Assembly (NCBI GenBank): GCA_001724245.1
Contig: MEDX01000031.1
Coordinates: 1 to 39,294, forward strand
DNA from: Fonticula-like sp. SCN 57-25
Taxonomy: Eukaryota
Reading direction: 5' to 3'
Length of the DNA stretch: 39,294 nt
The translations under genes were made by a program, and so were the position numbers. This document shows, in pieces, positions 11,570-23,870 of the stretch. Position 1 is the first letter of the stretch. Each line of letters begins with the position of its first letter. The notes beneath the pieces are model-generated. The model saw only the letters and a list, made by a program, of their open reading frames with translations. It was not told where the DNA came from and searched no databases.

Positions 11570-12421
11570 GTGGTGCTGAGCAAGTAGACGATACAAGGTA
11601 ATGGCAATTGAAAGAGAGGACAGTGGCAAAATAAACAACGCGCTCACTCAGTCAGAGTCATAAAGGCAAAGATTGATAAGCTGATGATCGGCGCGACGTG
11701 GCAAGAATCTTCATTTGAGCGCCGCGCGACGTCGAGGTGACGGCATCAATTGATCAGTTTCTGCAATTGACAGCAATTGATCTGACTGATTGGGGAGTCA
11801 TCATTTCGTACTGGGAAGAACGGGGACAGAGGAAGAAGAGGGACTGGGAAAGTCAAGAATACATTATACAAAGGCAGATACTATACTGTACATGAGGTAC
11901 AGTACCGACGATGCATAAGAATACACTAGAAAATTGTCGGAATCAATGGCAAGTTGACTCATTGCAGGCAAGTCTAGATAGGCGAAATTGCCAACGCTCT
12001 TGCGTTTGGGCACAATATGAGACACCTTTACGGCGCCCTTGTCACGCTACTCATTAAGAAGCATGCATCGGGTCTTGTCGTCGCCTGTACGTACACAGCA
12101 GAAAACAGAACGATCTTGATCAGATGGGGACCACACAATTCATCACCTCAAGCGCGGCCAGTCTTAAAGAAAAGGTTTTTCTGTGCTCCTTTGGATGTAC
12201 CGAAATTCTGCTGCAAGTCGCTAGGTGTGGGCAGCACAAACACCTTTACGAATAAATGAACATGTAAAAGCTGTTGCAGCCTAGCTACACCCTTTCATGA
12301 GACGCTCTAAGCTTTCGGTGGACGTAAATGAAATTGGGGGGTTTTTTTAAAGTCCTTGTTGCATACGATGAAACATCAATGTATCAAGAGACGAGACAAG
12401 CGCACTTCGCCATGAAGGTAT

Positions 12422-12946
<525 letters not shown>

Positions 12947-13252
12947 TCATGCACGAACGCACCTCAAAGCACCAGTGACCTCAGCTAGTTCCGCAAAATG
13001 CGAAAAAGCTGTCCTAAGGCAATGGGGCGAAGAGAAAGGGAACGAAAAAAGAAAAAGAGCCACGCCGCTTATAGGCAAGCGGGGGGACCAATCCTGTCAC
13101 CCCAATCGTAATTTCCTATCATTAAAACAGCGATCGGGGTGGCCATGAAGGGTACACCCGATAAAGACCAATCGGAACCGATGAAACGCAGACGGGCACG
13201 TGTGATTGGTGCAACAAAAAGCGAGGGTTTATAAACACTTTTGTGGCTACCA

Positions 13253-13325
13253 ATTGTGTTGGCGCAGAGGATAGCGCGTCTCCCTCCTAAGGTGAAGATC
13301 GTGGGTTCGAATCCCACACGGGTCG
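13253..13325 (+). tRNA. tRNA-Arg(CCT)-like element with a defective acceptor stem (pseudo-tRNA or non-canonical Pol III RNA)
   Basis: D arm GCGC/GCGC, anticodon loop CTCCTAA (CCT at 13286-13288), perfect T arm GTGGG-TTCGAAT-CCCAC. The 5' strand ATTGTGT pairs poorly with 3' ACGGGTC, and the anticodon stem has a T-T mismatch. Confidence 0.75.
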
Positions 13326-13328
13326 TAA

Positions 13329-13368
13329 AGCATCCAGACATGCAAATGTTTGGGTGCTCACGTTTTTT
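13329..13368 (+). terminator. 13-bp GCAA-tetraloop hairpin followed by a T6 Pol III terminator
   Basis: AGCATCCAGACAT-GCAA-ATGTTTGGGTGCT (11 Watson-Crick plus 2 G-U pairs), then TTTTTT at 13363-13368. Confidence 0.65.
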
Positions 13369-13706
13369 GCTTTTGCCAGAGTCGTAAGCAACATGCATTC
13401 TCTCTGCTGCACCGTCCAGCAAGCAGAGAGCACCATCTGCGCGCTGCCGGGCTTGATAGCTGAGCAGAACAGAGTATGAGTCATTTTTTTTACGAAGAAT
13501 GCAAGATCAATTCCACTATACCTGCGAAATGTGAAACCAAACTCGGAGCGAGTTCATATGTGCGGCGCAACAGAATAATTGTACAGCTTTTTTGCCGCGT
13601 ATTTCGGGGCGCAGTCCGCGGCTTGCGCTGTCGCGCCCTCCATCGTCGCGATCTGTATAAATCAGACGAAATCAGAGAAATCAGAGCAACAATCAGGCGG
13701 CCAACG

Positions 13707-15422
13707 ATGGGGGATGCCATGGACATTATGGGCGTAGCGCCCGCGTCGGCCCCCGCCGATGCCGGAACCCTGTCATCTCTTCGTCGGGAAGAGAGTGAGC
13801 GTGGTCAACGCGTGCTCCAGACACCGAAAACGTCCAAAGTTCCATGTGCGCCACCCATCTCACAACCTGTCTCTGTTCCTTACCTGAGCGTTGTCTAGCT
13901 GGGATTGCGCGCGAAGTGTACCGCCTAACGGGCGGCGTCCCGTCCCTCGCTCCTCTGACCGAGACGTTCAAGGAGCGTCCAAAGTGGGGCAGCAAGCAGG
14001 TGTCGAAATGGGAGCTGCGTCCGATCCAGAGCCCTCTCCAGTCGCCCTCCTTTGCTCTGTTCCACTGGGAGCGCGCGGCCGACCCGGCGGCCGACTACCC
14101 GTACGCCCGCCCCAATACCGAGGCGATGGTTCCGCAGTACACGGACGAGGAGTACGCGCAGCACTTTTCGACCGACGAGACGTGGACGCGGCAGGACACG
14201 GACCACCTTTTCGATCTCTGCCGCCAGTTTGATCTCCGTTTTGCGCTGGTCGCCGACAGATGGCAAGGGCAGTCGCCACGGTCGATCGAGGTGCGTGCTG
14301 CTGAGCACTTTGAAGTTTTGTATTCACTGTGATATGTAGGATCTCCGTGCTCGGTACTACCACATTGTGTCGACGCTGATCGGCCTGCGGAATGATGTGA
14401 GCGATCCTTCGGTGCAGGAGCTTCTCTCGGCGTACTCGTACGACAAGGACCGGGAGACGGAGCGCGTTCGCGTGCTTGACCAGCTCCAGCGCCGCACCGC
14501 GCAGCAGATCCGGGAGGAAGAGGAGCTCATCATCGAGTCACGCCGTATGGAGTCACAGAGCAAGCGGATCATCAAGGACCGCCAGAATGTCGTCCGGCTC
14601 CTCGCCGCTGTTGACGCCACGCTCGTGCCCGCCACCAATATCCGGAAGCAGAATGCGATCGCGATGGGCGGGCTCGGCGGCGGGCTCGGTGGGCTCAGCG
14701 GCCTGGGGAGCGGCTCGGGCGGAAGCGGTCCCGACGGCAAGCACAAGAAGAAGAAGAAGGGCGCGATCCTCAGAGTGGGCTCTGAGGCCGGATCGCCGTT
14801 GGCAGACGACTTTGAGGCAGATGACAGTGCGTTCTTTTACTGTTTTCCTCGCTTTTTTTGTTGCATTTTCTGACTTTGAGGACGTTTAGCGCGGAAAAAG
14901 GACCGTCTGCCGGTCGGCGTGTCGCTGCGCAGCTCGAGGGTACGCGAGATTCGGTTGGGATTGCATGGGAAATAGTCTAACACTTGCTCAGCTTACCTCG
15001 TCCACGGCCGCATTGAAGCTTGCAAAGCGCCTGGAAACGTGCCTCGAGGAGCTCGGCGTCCGTACGTGCTCGCGCTTAGTCGTATTCGCGAAAGCTGATG
15101 ATTTGTTTTCTGTGCAGCCGTGCGTCCTCAGGTGCCGACCGCGCTTATCAGCACGCGGTTCGAGGATTTGCGGCAGGACCTGCTCACGCTGCTCGAGCTC
15201 AAGAAGCACACGGACCGGAAGGAGTACGAGGTCCAGGTGCTGACGCACAAGCGCGCAATTCTAAAAGGAGAGGCGTCGGAGGCGCCGCCCGCGTTCAACG
15301 ACCCGTTCGCCGACGACACGCCAGCGAGAAAGCGCTCGGCGGCGGTCGCGGGGCTTGCATCACCCAGCCCTGGGCGCATCGGCGGCGACATGAAGCGGAG
15401 AAACACCTTGACCGAGCTCTAA
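13707..15422 (+). CDS. DMAP1: DMAP1/Swc4/Eaf2 (NuA4-SWR1 subunit, SANT domain), about 6 exons
   Basis: GIAREVYRL, LFHWER, YTDEEY...WTRQDTDHLFDLCRQFDLRFALVADRW, RSIEDLRARYY, GVSLRS, VPTALISTRFEDLRQDLLTLLELKK. Confidence 0.92.
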
Positions 15423-15777
15423 GGGCACTTTGGGACCGCGGGGTTCTATCGCTTGTTTGATTGTACAGGAATTTTGTTATTTGAGAAAAAAAGTTCATTT
15501 CTTTACACGCGCGCGTTTTGCAATCCCTCTGTATATGACCACCTGTGCTATTATGAGACTACCTGGCATACCCGGTCGCCTTTAGCTGCTGGCCAACAAT
15601 ATCAATCAAGCAAGTAAAGGAGATCATGACCATGAGGACATTTTTGATGACCATCATCAAAACACGTCTCGACGGCTACGCGCACCGCGGTTTTGTTTAG
15701 AGGCGGCCTGAGGAGCTTGTGAGAGACTTTCTTCCGCTTTGAAAAGAAAAGGCCCCAACAGCGACGAGTTGTTTGTC

Positions 15778-18312
15778 ATGGCGACGGACGCGAAGCTGCA
15801 GGCGATCCTGCAATGGGTGCGCCGACGCTTTACCCCCTTTCTTGCCTGCCCGCGATGAAGCTGACAGTGCGCCGGGCGGGTGACGTAGGTCAATGCAGTG
15901 AGGCCCGGCACGGCGAACCTTGACGCTCTGCGTGATGGCGTTATCCTGAATGGGATCCTCACCACCACGTACGCGTTGGCTGAGCTTCATCGTTAGTATG
16001 ATCGCTTGCTCACCTCTTTTTGTAGTGACGAAAGCTTTTTCCCCGAGTCAATGTTGAAAGAGGCCGACAACCATGTGCTTATGGAAGCCAACCTGAAGAA
16101 GCTGAAAAAGGTGCGTTTTGCGCTCCTTTTGTGCTTTTCTGTCTCTAATGTGCGACTGTGCGATAGGCGATCTTTCGGTACTATGAAGAGCTTGGCCACT
16201 CTCTGGCCCCGCTTGACTTTGACATTGCTGCCATCGTGAAGCAATCCGACGATGAGCAAACTTATGCTCTTTTGAGGGTACGCTCTTTCCTGCGCTCTCT
16301 GCTGGGTGTCTGACGCGTGTTGGCAGCTTGTTTTCTACACTGCCATCAACGGCAACAACAATGAATTTTATGTTCAGAGCATCGGCTCGCTCTCTGGCGA
16401 CGTTCAGAAGCAGCTGATCGAGGTGACCATGGAAGTTGTACGCATTTCTCTTTTTGCTGTCGTAATATGTTTGCTTAGCTGTATGCTTTCCTTGTTCTAG
16501 AACCAAGTACTGGAGTCCCAGACGGCTCCGGAGGATATGTCCGAGATTGAGGCGCTGCGGGCCGAGGTGAACCGCCTCAAGAACGTTGAGAGTGAACTGC
16601 GGGAGACTAATGCCGAGCTTGAAAAGTCGCAAAAGACGACTGACGAGTTGCGTGAGATTCGTGACGACCTTCAGAGTCGCCTGCGCGAGACGGAGGAGTC
16701 TCTCAGCAAGGCGTCGGCGAACGCCAAGGACCAGTCGATGCGCAATGAGCTTGAGAAGCTGCGCGCTGAGATTAGGGACGCGGATGAGCGCCGGCAGCTT
16801 GCCGAGGCCAATGTTGATGAGCAGAACAAGACTATTAACGAGCTGCAGCGCGAGCGCAATGAGCTGCAGAGCGTTGCTGCCGGGGCGCGCTCGCTGCGCG
16901 ACCAGCTCGAGGAGAAGGGCCACCTGGAGGAGAGGCTTCTCAAGGCGGAGGCGGCGCTTAATAAGAGCAAGAAGCGCGCGGAGGAGGCCATCGAGCTGAA
17001 GAAGCTCAACAAGGCTTTGAGCGAAGAGATTGAGGCGCTCAAGAGGCAGGTCAGTAGGCCAGACGCAAGCGACACCCTCGCTACCATCTCTGAGAACCGC
17101 TCTATCAGTCAAAAGGGTATGCTTTTGTGTGTAGTGCAACTATGTTTGTGTGTTTTGGAGCATGTTTGAGCGTGATTGTCATCTTGCTCTCTTTGTCCCC
17201 GCCACGTTACTGATCATCTGTGCAGCCCTTGAGGACGATGTCCAGGCTCTGCACAAAGAGCTCGAGGCCGCCCGCGCTGTCATCAAGAACCTCGAGCTTG
17301 AGAACGGCGACCTGAAAACGGATGTTGATCGCCTGCGGGCTCAGATCGAGCGCCTTGAGCAGAACAAGCTTGAGGCCGCGATTGCTGCGGCCTCTGCCGA
17401 GGACGACGACTCGCACTCTTTCGCGCAGATTGAGGAGAGCCAGCGCATTCGCAAGGAGAACGAGACCATCATCGCGCTGGAGCGCCAGATTCGCCAGCTC
17501 AAGATCGAGCTGCAGAACCGGCCCGCCTCTGCGGGCGCCTCCAACGCCGATGTCGAGCTGTCGAACGTGCGCGGCGAGCTGGAGCGCGCCAAGCAGGACG
17601 CGACCAAGGCAGAAGCAGAGGTTTCGCGGATCAACGCCGAGCTCTCCAAGGCGCAGCAGGAGGTTGTGCGCCTCGGCACCGAGAACAGCATGTTTGCAAA
17701 GATGAAGGAGGACAACAAGGATGTCATCGGGAGGATGGTCGAGCAGGCCACCGAATTTGGTACGCGGGAAATGAAATAGATATGGCCGCCAGGGTGCTTA
17801 CTTTTTCTCCTCCAGCCAACAAGGAGGTGCAGCTCAAGGAGACGCAGCTCAAGGCGGCGCAGGATAGGGTGGCGCGCCTCGAGGAGGACCTGAAGGCGAT
17901 GGAGGAGCTGCGCACAAAAAACATTCAGCTGCAGATGCACTATCAAAAGGTGGCGGAGGACAATAAGAACCTCAAGGCCGCTTACACGAGCCTCAAGAGC
18001 AGCGCTGCAACGGCGTCGCCGCAGGTCGGCGCTCTGAGCGGAAGCGAGGTGACGCTACAGCTCAAGGTGCGCTCACGCTGGTCACCTCAATCATAGCTAA
18101 TGCTTGTATAATAGGAACAAGTGGAAACGTTCAAGGTCGAGAACAAGATGATGGCGTCCGCCTTTTATCACTTGGCACTGGAATTGCAGAGCAAGGGAGG
18201 TTCCGGCGCGCGCGGCGGGGCTGGTATGCTCAACGGGATGCGCGCCGCGGCTATGAGCTCGCCCACAAAGGCGCCGCGGACGCCCGGCCCGCAGGGGACG
18301 CCGAGGGCGTGA
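15778..18312 (+). CDS. HOOK: HOOK-family dynein adaptor (Hook domain plus long coiled coil), about 9 exons
   Basis: N-terminal LQW..LDALRDGVIL...NLKKLKKAIFRYYE...YVQSIGSL..DVQKQL, a long heptad coiled coil, and C-terminal ENKMMASAFYHLA resembling the Hook EEKLIVSAWYN motif. Confidence 0.8.
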
Positions 18313-18393
18313 ACATAAAACTGGGTACTGGAACTGGATCGATACTGGATGTCGTTTTTGCCCCCAGTGCATCGGCAGCGATCTTCGATTTCA

Positions 18394-18428
18394 TTTATCA
18401 AATACACTTTTATCAAATACACTTTTAT
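18394..18428. repeat. 15-bp direct repeat TTTATCAAATACACT (~2.3 copies) between convergent 3' ends
   Basis: Seen directly. Confidence 0.75.
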
Positions 18429-18491
18429 TTGACTTATCTTACATACAAAGAACCGATGCACTGCCCATATCTTGAAACGCCACCTGTACGC

Positions 18492-19880
18492 TCACCGTAC
18501 TTGCTTGAGACGCCATGCCGTGTTTGCCTCGGCGTACGCGCTCGCTTGGTCCAGCGATATTTGCGTTGGAAACGACACGTGCACAACGGGCGGCGTGGAA
18601 CCGGCCTGTACCACATCCTCGTGAGCATGCACGAAATCCCAAAAGACATATTTTTAAGCGGCCGACGTACCAAAAGGTGAAGCGTGCCGCTGAATCGCGA
18701 TACAAGCGGGTCAAGAACCTGCGACATCTCATGCACGTGGCCGTAGATGCCCTCGACCTCCGCTACAAAGCCTGCTCGAGTCCGCATTGTAAGCATTCAA
18801 TATCCCTACGGAACGTGTCGGAGGACGCACCGCTGTCGAGCTTTGGCGTGCCCGGCATGGGCAGTACGAGCGGCGACGTGCGCACCTGCTGCGGCTGCGG
18901 CTGCCGCACCTGACCGGCAAACGGGTATCCGCCTCCATAACCCGGGTCCATTGGCATCGGCTGGGGGTACCCGTACGCCATGTGCTCCACGGGCTGCGGG
19001 TAGTAGGCGTACGGTGCGGTCGGATAAAACGGCATCGCCTGCTGCATCGGACGCGCCTGTGGCCTAAACTGCTGCTGTAGTGGCATTGGCTGCTGCATGG
19101 GTTGCTGCTGGTGATAATATTGCTGGCCGCCACTCGATTGCATCGGCGGCCGCGCAGGTGTGACGGTGACGGTGTGCCGTGGGGCGCTGGTGACGGTCGA
19201 CTGTGCTCCGCCGTCGCCGTCGGCAAATATGCGCGCGCGCGCTTTTTCGTACTCAAGCTCACGCGCTTCTATTGACGTGTCCTGCGACGCCGCGTTCGAC
19301 GCTGTGTCTCCGGACTGGCCACCAGAACTCGGGGAGGCGGCGCTAGCGCCCGCGCTGGCCGGCCGGCGAAGCAGGATGACAGGCGAAGGCGAGGGCGACA
19401 CGGTCGCGGCCGATGCCGCGGGGGCGAGCGACGCTGAGAGCGGCGCGTCTTCCATCGGGTACAGGTCGCAGAGGCTGACCGACGGGCGGATCGACGAGGG
19501 CATGCGCGACACAAGCACCGTGTCGGGTCGACTTATATTGGCCGCATGACTGAAGCGGTAATGCTCAGCAATGAAATGGATAAGGCGACGGTGAAATGAC
19601 GTTGGCGCATCTACCGCTGCAACCGGTCGGCTAAAAAAATAAACCAAAAACAGCGTGTCAGAACTATAGGGCGGACGACAGGGAGGCACAGGCGGCGCAC
19701 AAGCTGTCGGAGAAGAACAGAAGCAAGTCGGCTTCAACTCGACGCACAAACTAGGTGCAGTCAGCATAGAAACAATAGAAAATCATATAAAAGCGCGCGC
19801 ACGGGGCGGTTGGAATCCGTCTTCACGGCTTGCAGAAGAAAGGGATCCACCGGCAGTGCCTCGAGCTCAGCACGACTCAT
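18492..19880 (-). CDS. R3H-SUZ domain RNA-binding protein with a C-terminal RRM-like segment, 5 exons
   Basis: VDPFLLQA..RPFVRRVEADLLLF, R3H motif TSFHRRLIHFIAEHY, SUZ motif SIEARELEYEKARARIF, Q/P-rich linker. Splicing adds GFVAEVEGI...VVHVSF...WRLKQVR*. Confidence 0.82.
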
Positions 19881-20128
19881 TTTCTACAGTCGACGCATCA
19901 GAGGGGTATATCTCTACAAAAATTTCAATGCAACCGTGCATACCAGGTACTCAAAATCACTCACCAAACAGTATATAGCGCTCGTCCGCTAGCAGTTAGA
20001 CACTCCCCTACTGTCGCACCCTTTCGGAAAGGGCGGATTTCCACCCCCTGCGGTGCACTGCACCACCGCGCGCGCTGTCTGCAAACGCCAACTCGGCCAC
20101 GTGGAGTTTGCACATCAGTTTGCGTGCA

Positions 20129-21944
20129 ATGTCTGACAAGAGGGCGGCGGCGTTCAAAAACCGCGGCGAGGCTGCGCCAGAGGCGCTTCGCGCACGGCGG
20201 CAACAGGACGCTGTGTACGTTTATACGGCGGTCTTTTCCTTGTCTGATTTTTATTGCGCACTGCTAGATTGTTGCGAAAGGAAGCGCGGGAACGCGTACT
20301 GTCGGCCAAGCGCCTGCGAGTGGTCGATGGTGATGCCGCCGCACAGGGCGACGTGTACTTGACAGAAGAGCAAATTGTCGCTCTGGAAGCGGGTTTGGGC
20401 TCTTCATCACAGGAAACTGTGCTAGGATCGTTGCAGCAGCTGCATCGGTCGCTAACAGACACGAGCGAAGCGGTGGAGCGATTCGTGATCGAGGGGTCGT
20501 GCATGGCGCACCTGCAGCGACTCCTGACCTCGTCATCAGGTAATGTACTATTGCAGGCAATATGGTGCACTGCCAATATTGCTGCCAATCGTACAGAGCT
20601 ATGCCAAAAGGCCCTTGTTACGGCGCCAATTCTTATTGCAATGCTCGGCGGTGCTGACCCGGTACGCGACTTGCTCGTGACTATGTGCCAAAGGGGTGTT
20701 GTGCTGTGTTTCACTCTCGTTTGCTATATGTGCATTACTGACTGCAAATTTTTACTTTTATTTAAATAGTTTGTCTGCCAAGAGGTGTGTTTCTCGCTTG
20801 GCAATCTTGCTGCGGACGGCGAGTTGTGCGCCGATACTTTGGTTGCGAACGGCATCCTTCATCCTCTACTCTCCCTCCTGAGCCCTTCTCACGCGAACAA
20901 CCCTCGCCTTGTTCAAGCGGCGCTTTTTGTTATTTGGTGTCTTGTGCGCCAACCCAAACACATCGAAGCCCTTTTTTCGGACGCCAATTTTGCGCCAAAT
21001 TTGATGGCCCACCTGAACTCGCTCCACGCCCCTGTCGCCGGCGAGGCGGCGTACGTATGTGTGCGCCTAGCGGCAGACACAATTTCTTCGCGCCGGCTCT
21101 ATAACGCGGGTATTGCTGGTTTGCTTGCCGCCCGTCTCAAAGAACTCCTTGAGAATACGGCCCTCAGGGACGCTGCGGCCGTCCCTCTCGTCCGATTCCT
21201 CGGACATGTCACGGGTGGAATCGACTGCGAAGTGTGGACGGACGCTTTGATTGGCGGAAAGGTGTTTCCCCAACCAGCCTTTTCCATGACAAATGATAAA
21301 TTTTTGAAATTGTTGAGAGGCGCTATATCTCTGCGTGAGACGACGCTGGCCAAGCTTTTGTGGAGCGGCCTGCGTGACGTTGCGGGCCAGCATGCCCTCC
21401 TCAAGGAGACGCTGTGGGCTGTGTCGAACCTCGTTGCCGGGACTGATTCCCAGGCGTCTTTGATGGTGGAGGGGGGTATTCTGCTACCGCTGTGTGCCGC
21501 GATTGCTGTCCAGGACGCCGCTGTTCGGGTGGAGGCAGGGTACGCCGTTCTAAACATCGCAGTGCGCGGAAAGGAATTCATGGACCAAGCCGTCCACGCG
21601 GGAGCAGTTGAAAGTGCGCATTTGTGTTTGTGTGCTTTTTGGAGACTGATTGCGAATGGCACCAGGATTCACTGATATGCTCAGCATGACGTACAGTGAA
21701 GAAGCGGTGATGCTGGCGCTGGCCTTTGTCGATTCGTTCTGTCGACTCTGCCCGCAAGTGCGCACACCTCGGCTGTTTACTTTAATGTGGACTTGTTTAA
21801 CAGGAATTGATGTAGGCATTTGAGAAGTTGCCCGCGACTCAAATTACGCAATCTATAGACAACGTCTTGCTGAGTTGTACGGGAAACGAGCGCGTTTCCG
21901 AGGCGGCGTCATTGATTTTAGACCAACATTTTGGTTCACTGTAA
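20129..21944 (+). CDS. Importin-alpha-like / TMCO6-like ARM-repeat protein with an IBB-like N-terminus
   Basis: FKNRG...LRARRQQ..LRKEARERVLSAKR (IBB-like). ARM motifs QAIWCTANIAA, CFSLGNLAADG, KETLWAVSNLVAG. Confidence 0.8.
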
Positions 21945-22080
21945 TTATTTCATGTTGCATATACAATAATCATTATTCACCTTCTTTTATCCTGCTTTTT
22001 TTGCATTGGTCCCAATACATGCATGGCCCACGTCGACATTATTTAGTGCACACAATCAGTTTACACCACACCCTTCCATC

Positions 22081-23685
22081 ATGTCCACGTGGTCCGTGTC
22101 ATCGGCGATGCAGCCGGCCAAGCGGATCGCATCGACCTGGGTGTCGGCGCTGAGCTCAAGTGCGGGGCGCCCTCGTCCTCCTTCCGCACCATTCTCTCGG
22201 CCAACGCCTGATGGTGCCTCGCGCCCTCCGTTTTCCGCCTCACAAAAGGGCGCGACCAATGCCCCTCGCCCACCCTCTTCATCATCGCACCAGCAGCGCC
22301 CAGGTGGGAGCAGCGGGGGATTTAGGCCACCGACGCCGCGCCCTGGCGCCCAGTCCGGCCCTTCCTCTGGTGGTCAGTGGCGCGCGCCTTCACATCAAGG
22401 GCGCCCGTCATCGGGCGGCGGGCAAAACCGTCCTCACGGGGGTCACCGTCCGGCCCACCACCAAGGGGGTAGTCGTCCGTTCGCCAAGCCACCGGGTCAG
22501 GCTGAGGGCGGCATCACCGCGCGTTCTTTCATGCCCACCCGAGCCCCAAGTGCGCGTGTTGTGGCACAGCAGAAGAAGGAGGCCGCTCTGCATGACGCCC
22601 GTATGGCGCGCCGCGCGGCGGCGGAACTTGTAGACGACGGAAGGGACGACGCATGGCGCGTCCTCGAGGATAGGGATAGGGGTGACGACGAAGACGATAC
22701 GAGCGACGAGGCGCATAAAGCCGAGGAGCACGACAAGAATGGCGGAAGGGACCTGAGCAGACGCCGTGAGAGTACGCCGGCTGCCACCGCTCCGCCAACC
22801 AAATCGCCACCCTCTCAAGCCGCAAAGGTACGGAAGCAAATGCTTTGGGGCAGGGCTTTTTGCTAGGAGTTTTTGTGGTATCACTTGCGAGTGCTTTATT
22901 TTTTTTGCTTGTCCATTTGTATAGCTGAAAAAGGCCATTTTTTGTACGATTCCTTTTCTTTGTATTAATAATGCCGATGGCCGCTCTTTTATTCTCCCAT
23001 CTAACGCGCTTTTAGAACCACGTCGCTCTTCGCAACGACGAGATTACGAGCCCCGAGGTTCTCCTTGTGATGGACGACGGGGAGAAGCGCGGGACCGTTT
23101 CCCTTGCCGAAGCACTTTCTGCCGCCGCTGAGAAGGGGATGGACCTGCTGCAGGTGGCAACGAGCCCCATTGTTGTGTGCCGCGTGGTGCCCAAGCCGGG
23201 GGCGCCGAAGAAGGCCGCTGTGGCCACTTCTGGAACTGGCACCAAGGCTAATGTTGACAACGATTCTGCCAGCGACGACGATGACGACGATGAAGACAGC
23301 GACGACGATGTGCGTCCGAATAGGAAGAACATGAAAAAGCCCAAGGTCGCGCAGCAGAAGCGCCTGCAGTTCAAGATCACGATGGCGTCGCACGACTTTG
23401 ACACCAAGATTAAGCGCGCGAACACGTTTCTCACCAAGGGAGTGCGCGTGCAGTGCGACATTCCGAAGCGAATGGCCCTCAGGTAAGTAGCTGTTTATTA
23501 TGTGTGATGGAAAGACGCTAACACGGATGGTAACCCAAAGGCACCTTGTTGATGAAGACTACATGAAGTTTGCCAAGTCGATTGCCGAGCGGCTTTCGGA
23601 GGTGGCCATCGTGGAGCGCGAGCCGCGGTTGACAGGGAACGCGTATGCGCTGAGCTTTGGCCCGCGTAAGCAGCCAAAGGCGTGA
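22081..23685 (+). CDS. MTIF3: Organellar (mitochondrial) translation initiation factor IF-3 with a long N-terminal extension, 3 exons
   Basis: IF3-N domain NDEITSPEVLLVMDDGEKRGTVSLAEAL..A..KGMDLLQV. IF3-C domain KRLQFKITMASHDFDTKIKRANTFLTKG.RV. The Ser/Arg-rich, acid-free N-terminus looks like a presequence. Confidence 0.8.
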
Positions 23686-23870
23686 CGGGAGATTGGGATG
23701 AATAGAATTTGTTATTATAATGGATAAATACATAAATATTAATGATACCTGACGTGAGACAGAATTAGGGGTTCGCTCCATAAGCATAGAAAGCTGTCTG
23801 TCGCATTTCATGCAGATTAGATTCAAGGACCGACCGTTTTATGAAATCTGGAATGGCTCTGTGAAATTTG

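Noticed and set aside
15555..15650. U1-like 5' end (ACTACCTGGC) with an Sm-like ATTTTTG
   Set aside because: It does not match ATACTTACCTG, lacks the U1 stem-loops and is too short.
16048..17946. Long antisense ORFs over HOOK (and similar ones over PMT, MET2, SLX4 and RPS27A)
   Set aside because: These are shadow ORFs produced by GC3-biased codon usage on the sense strand.
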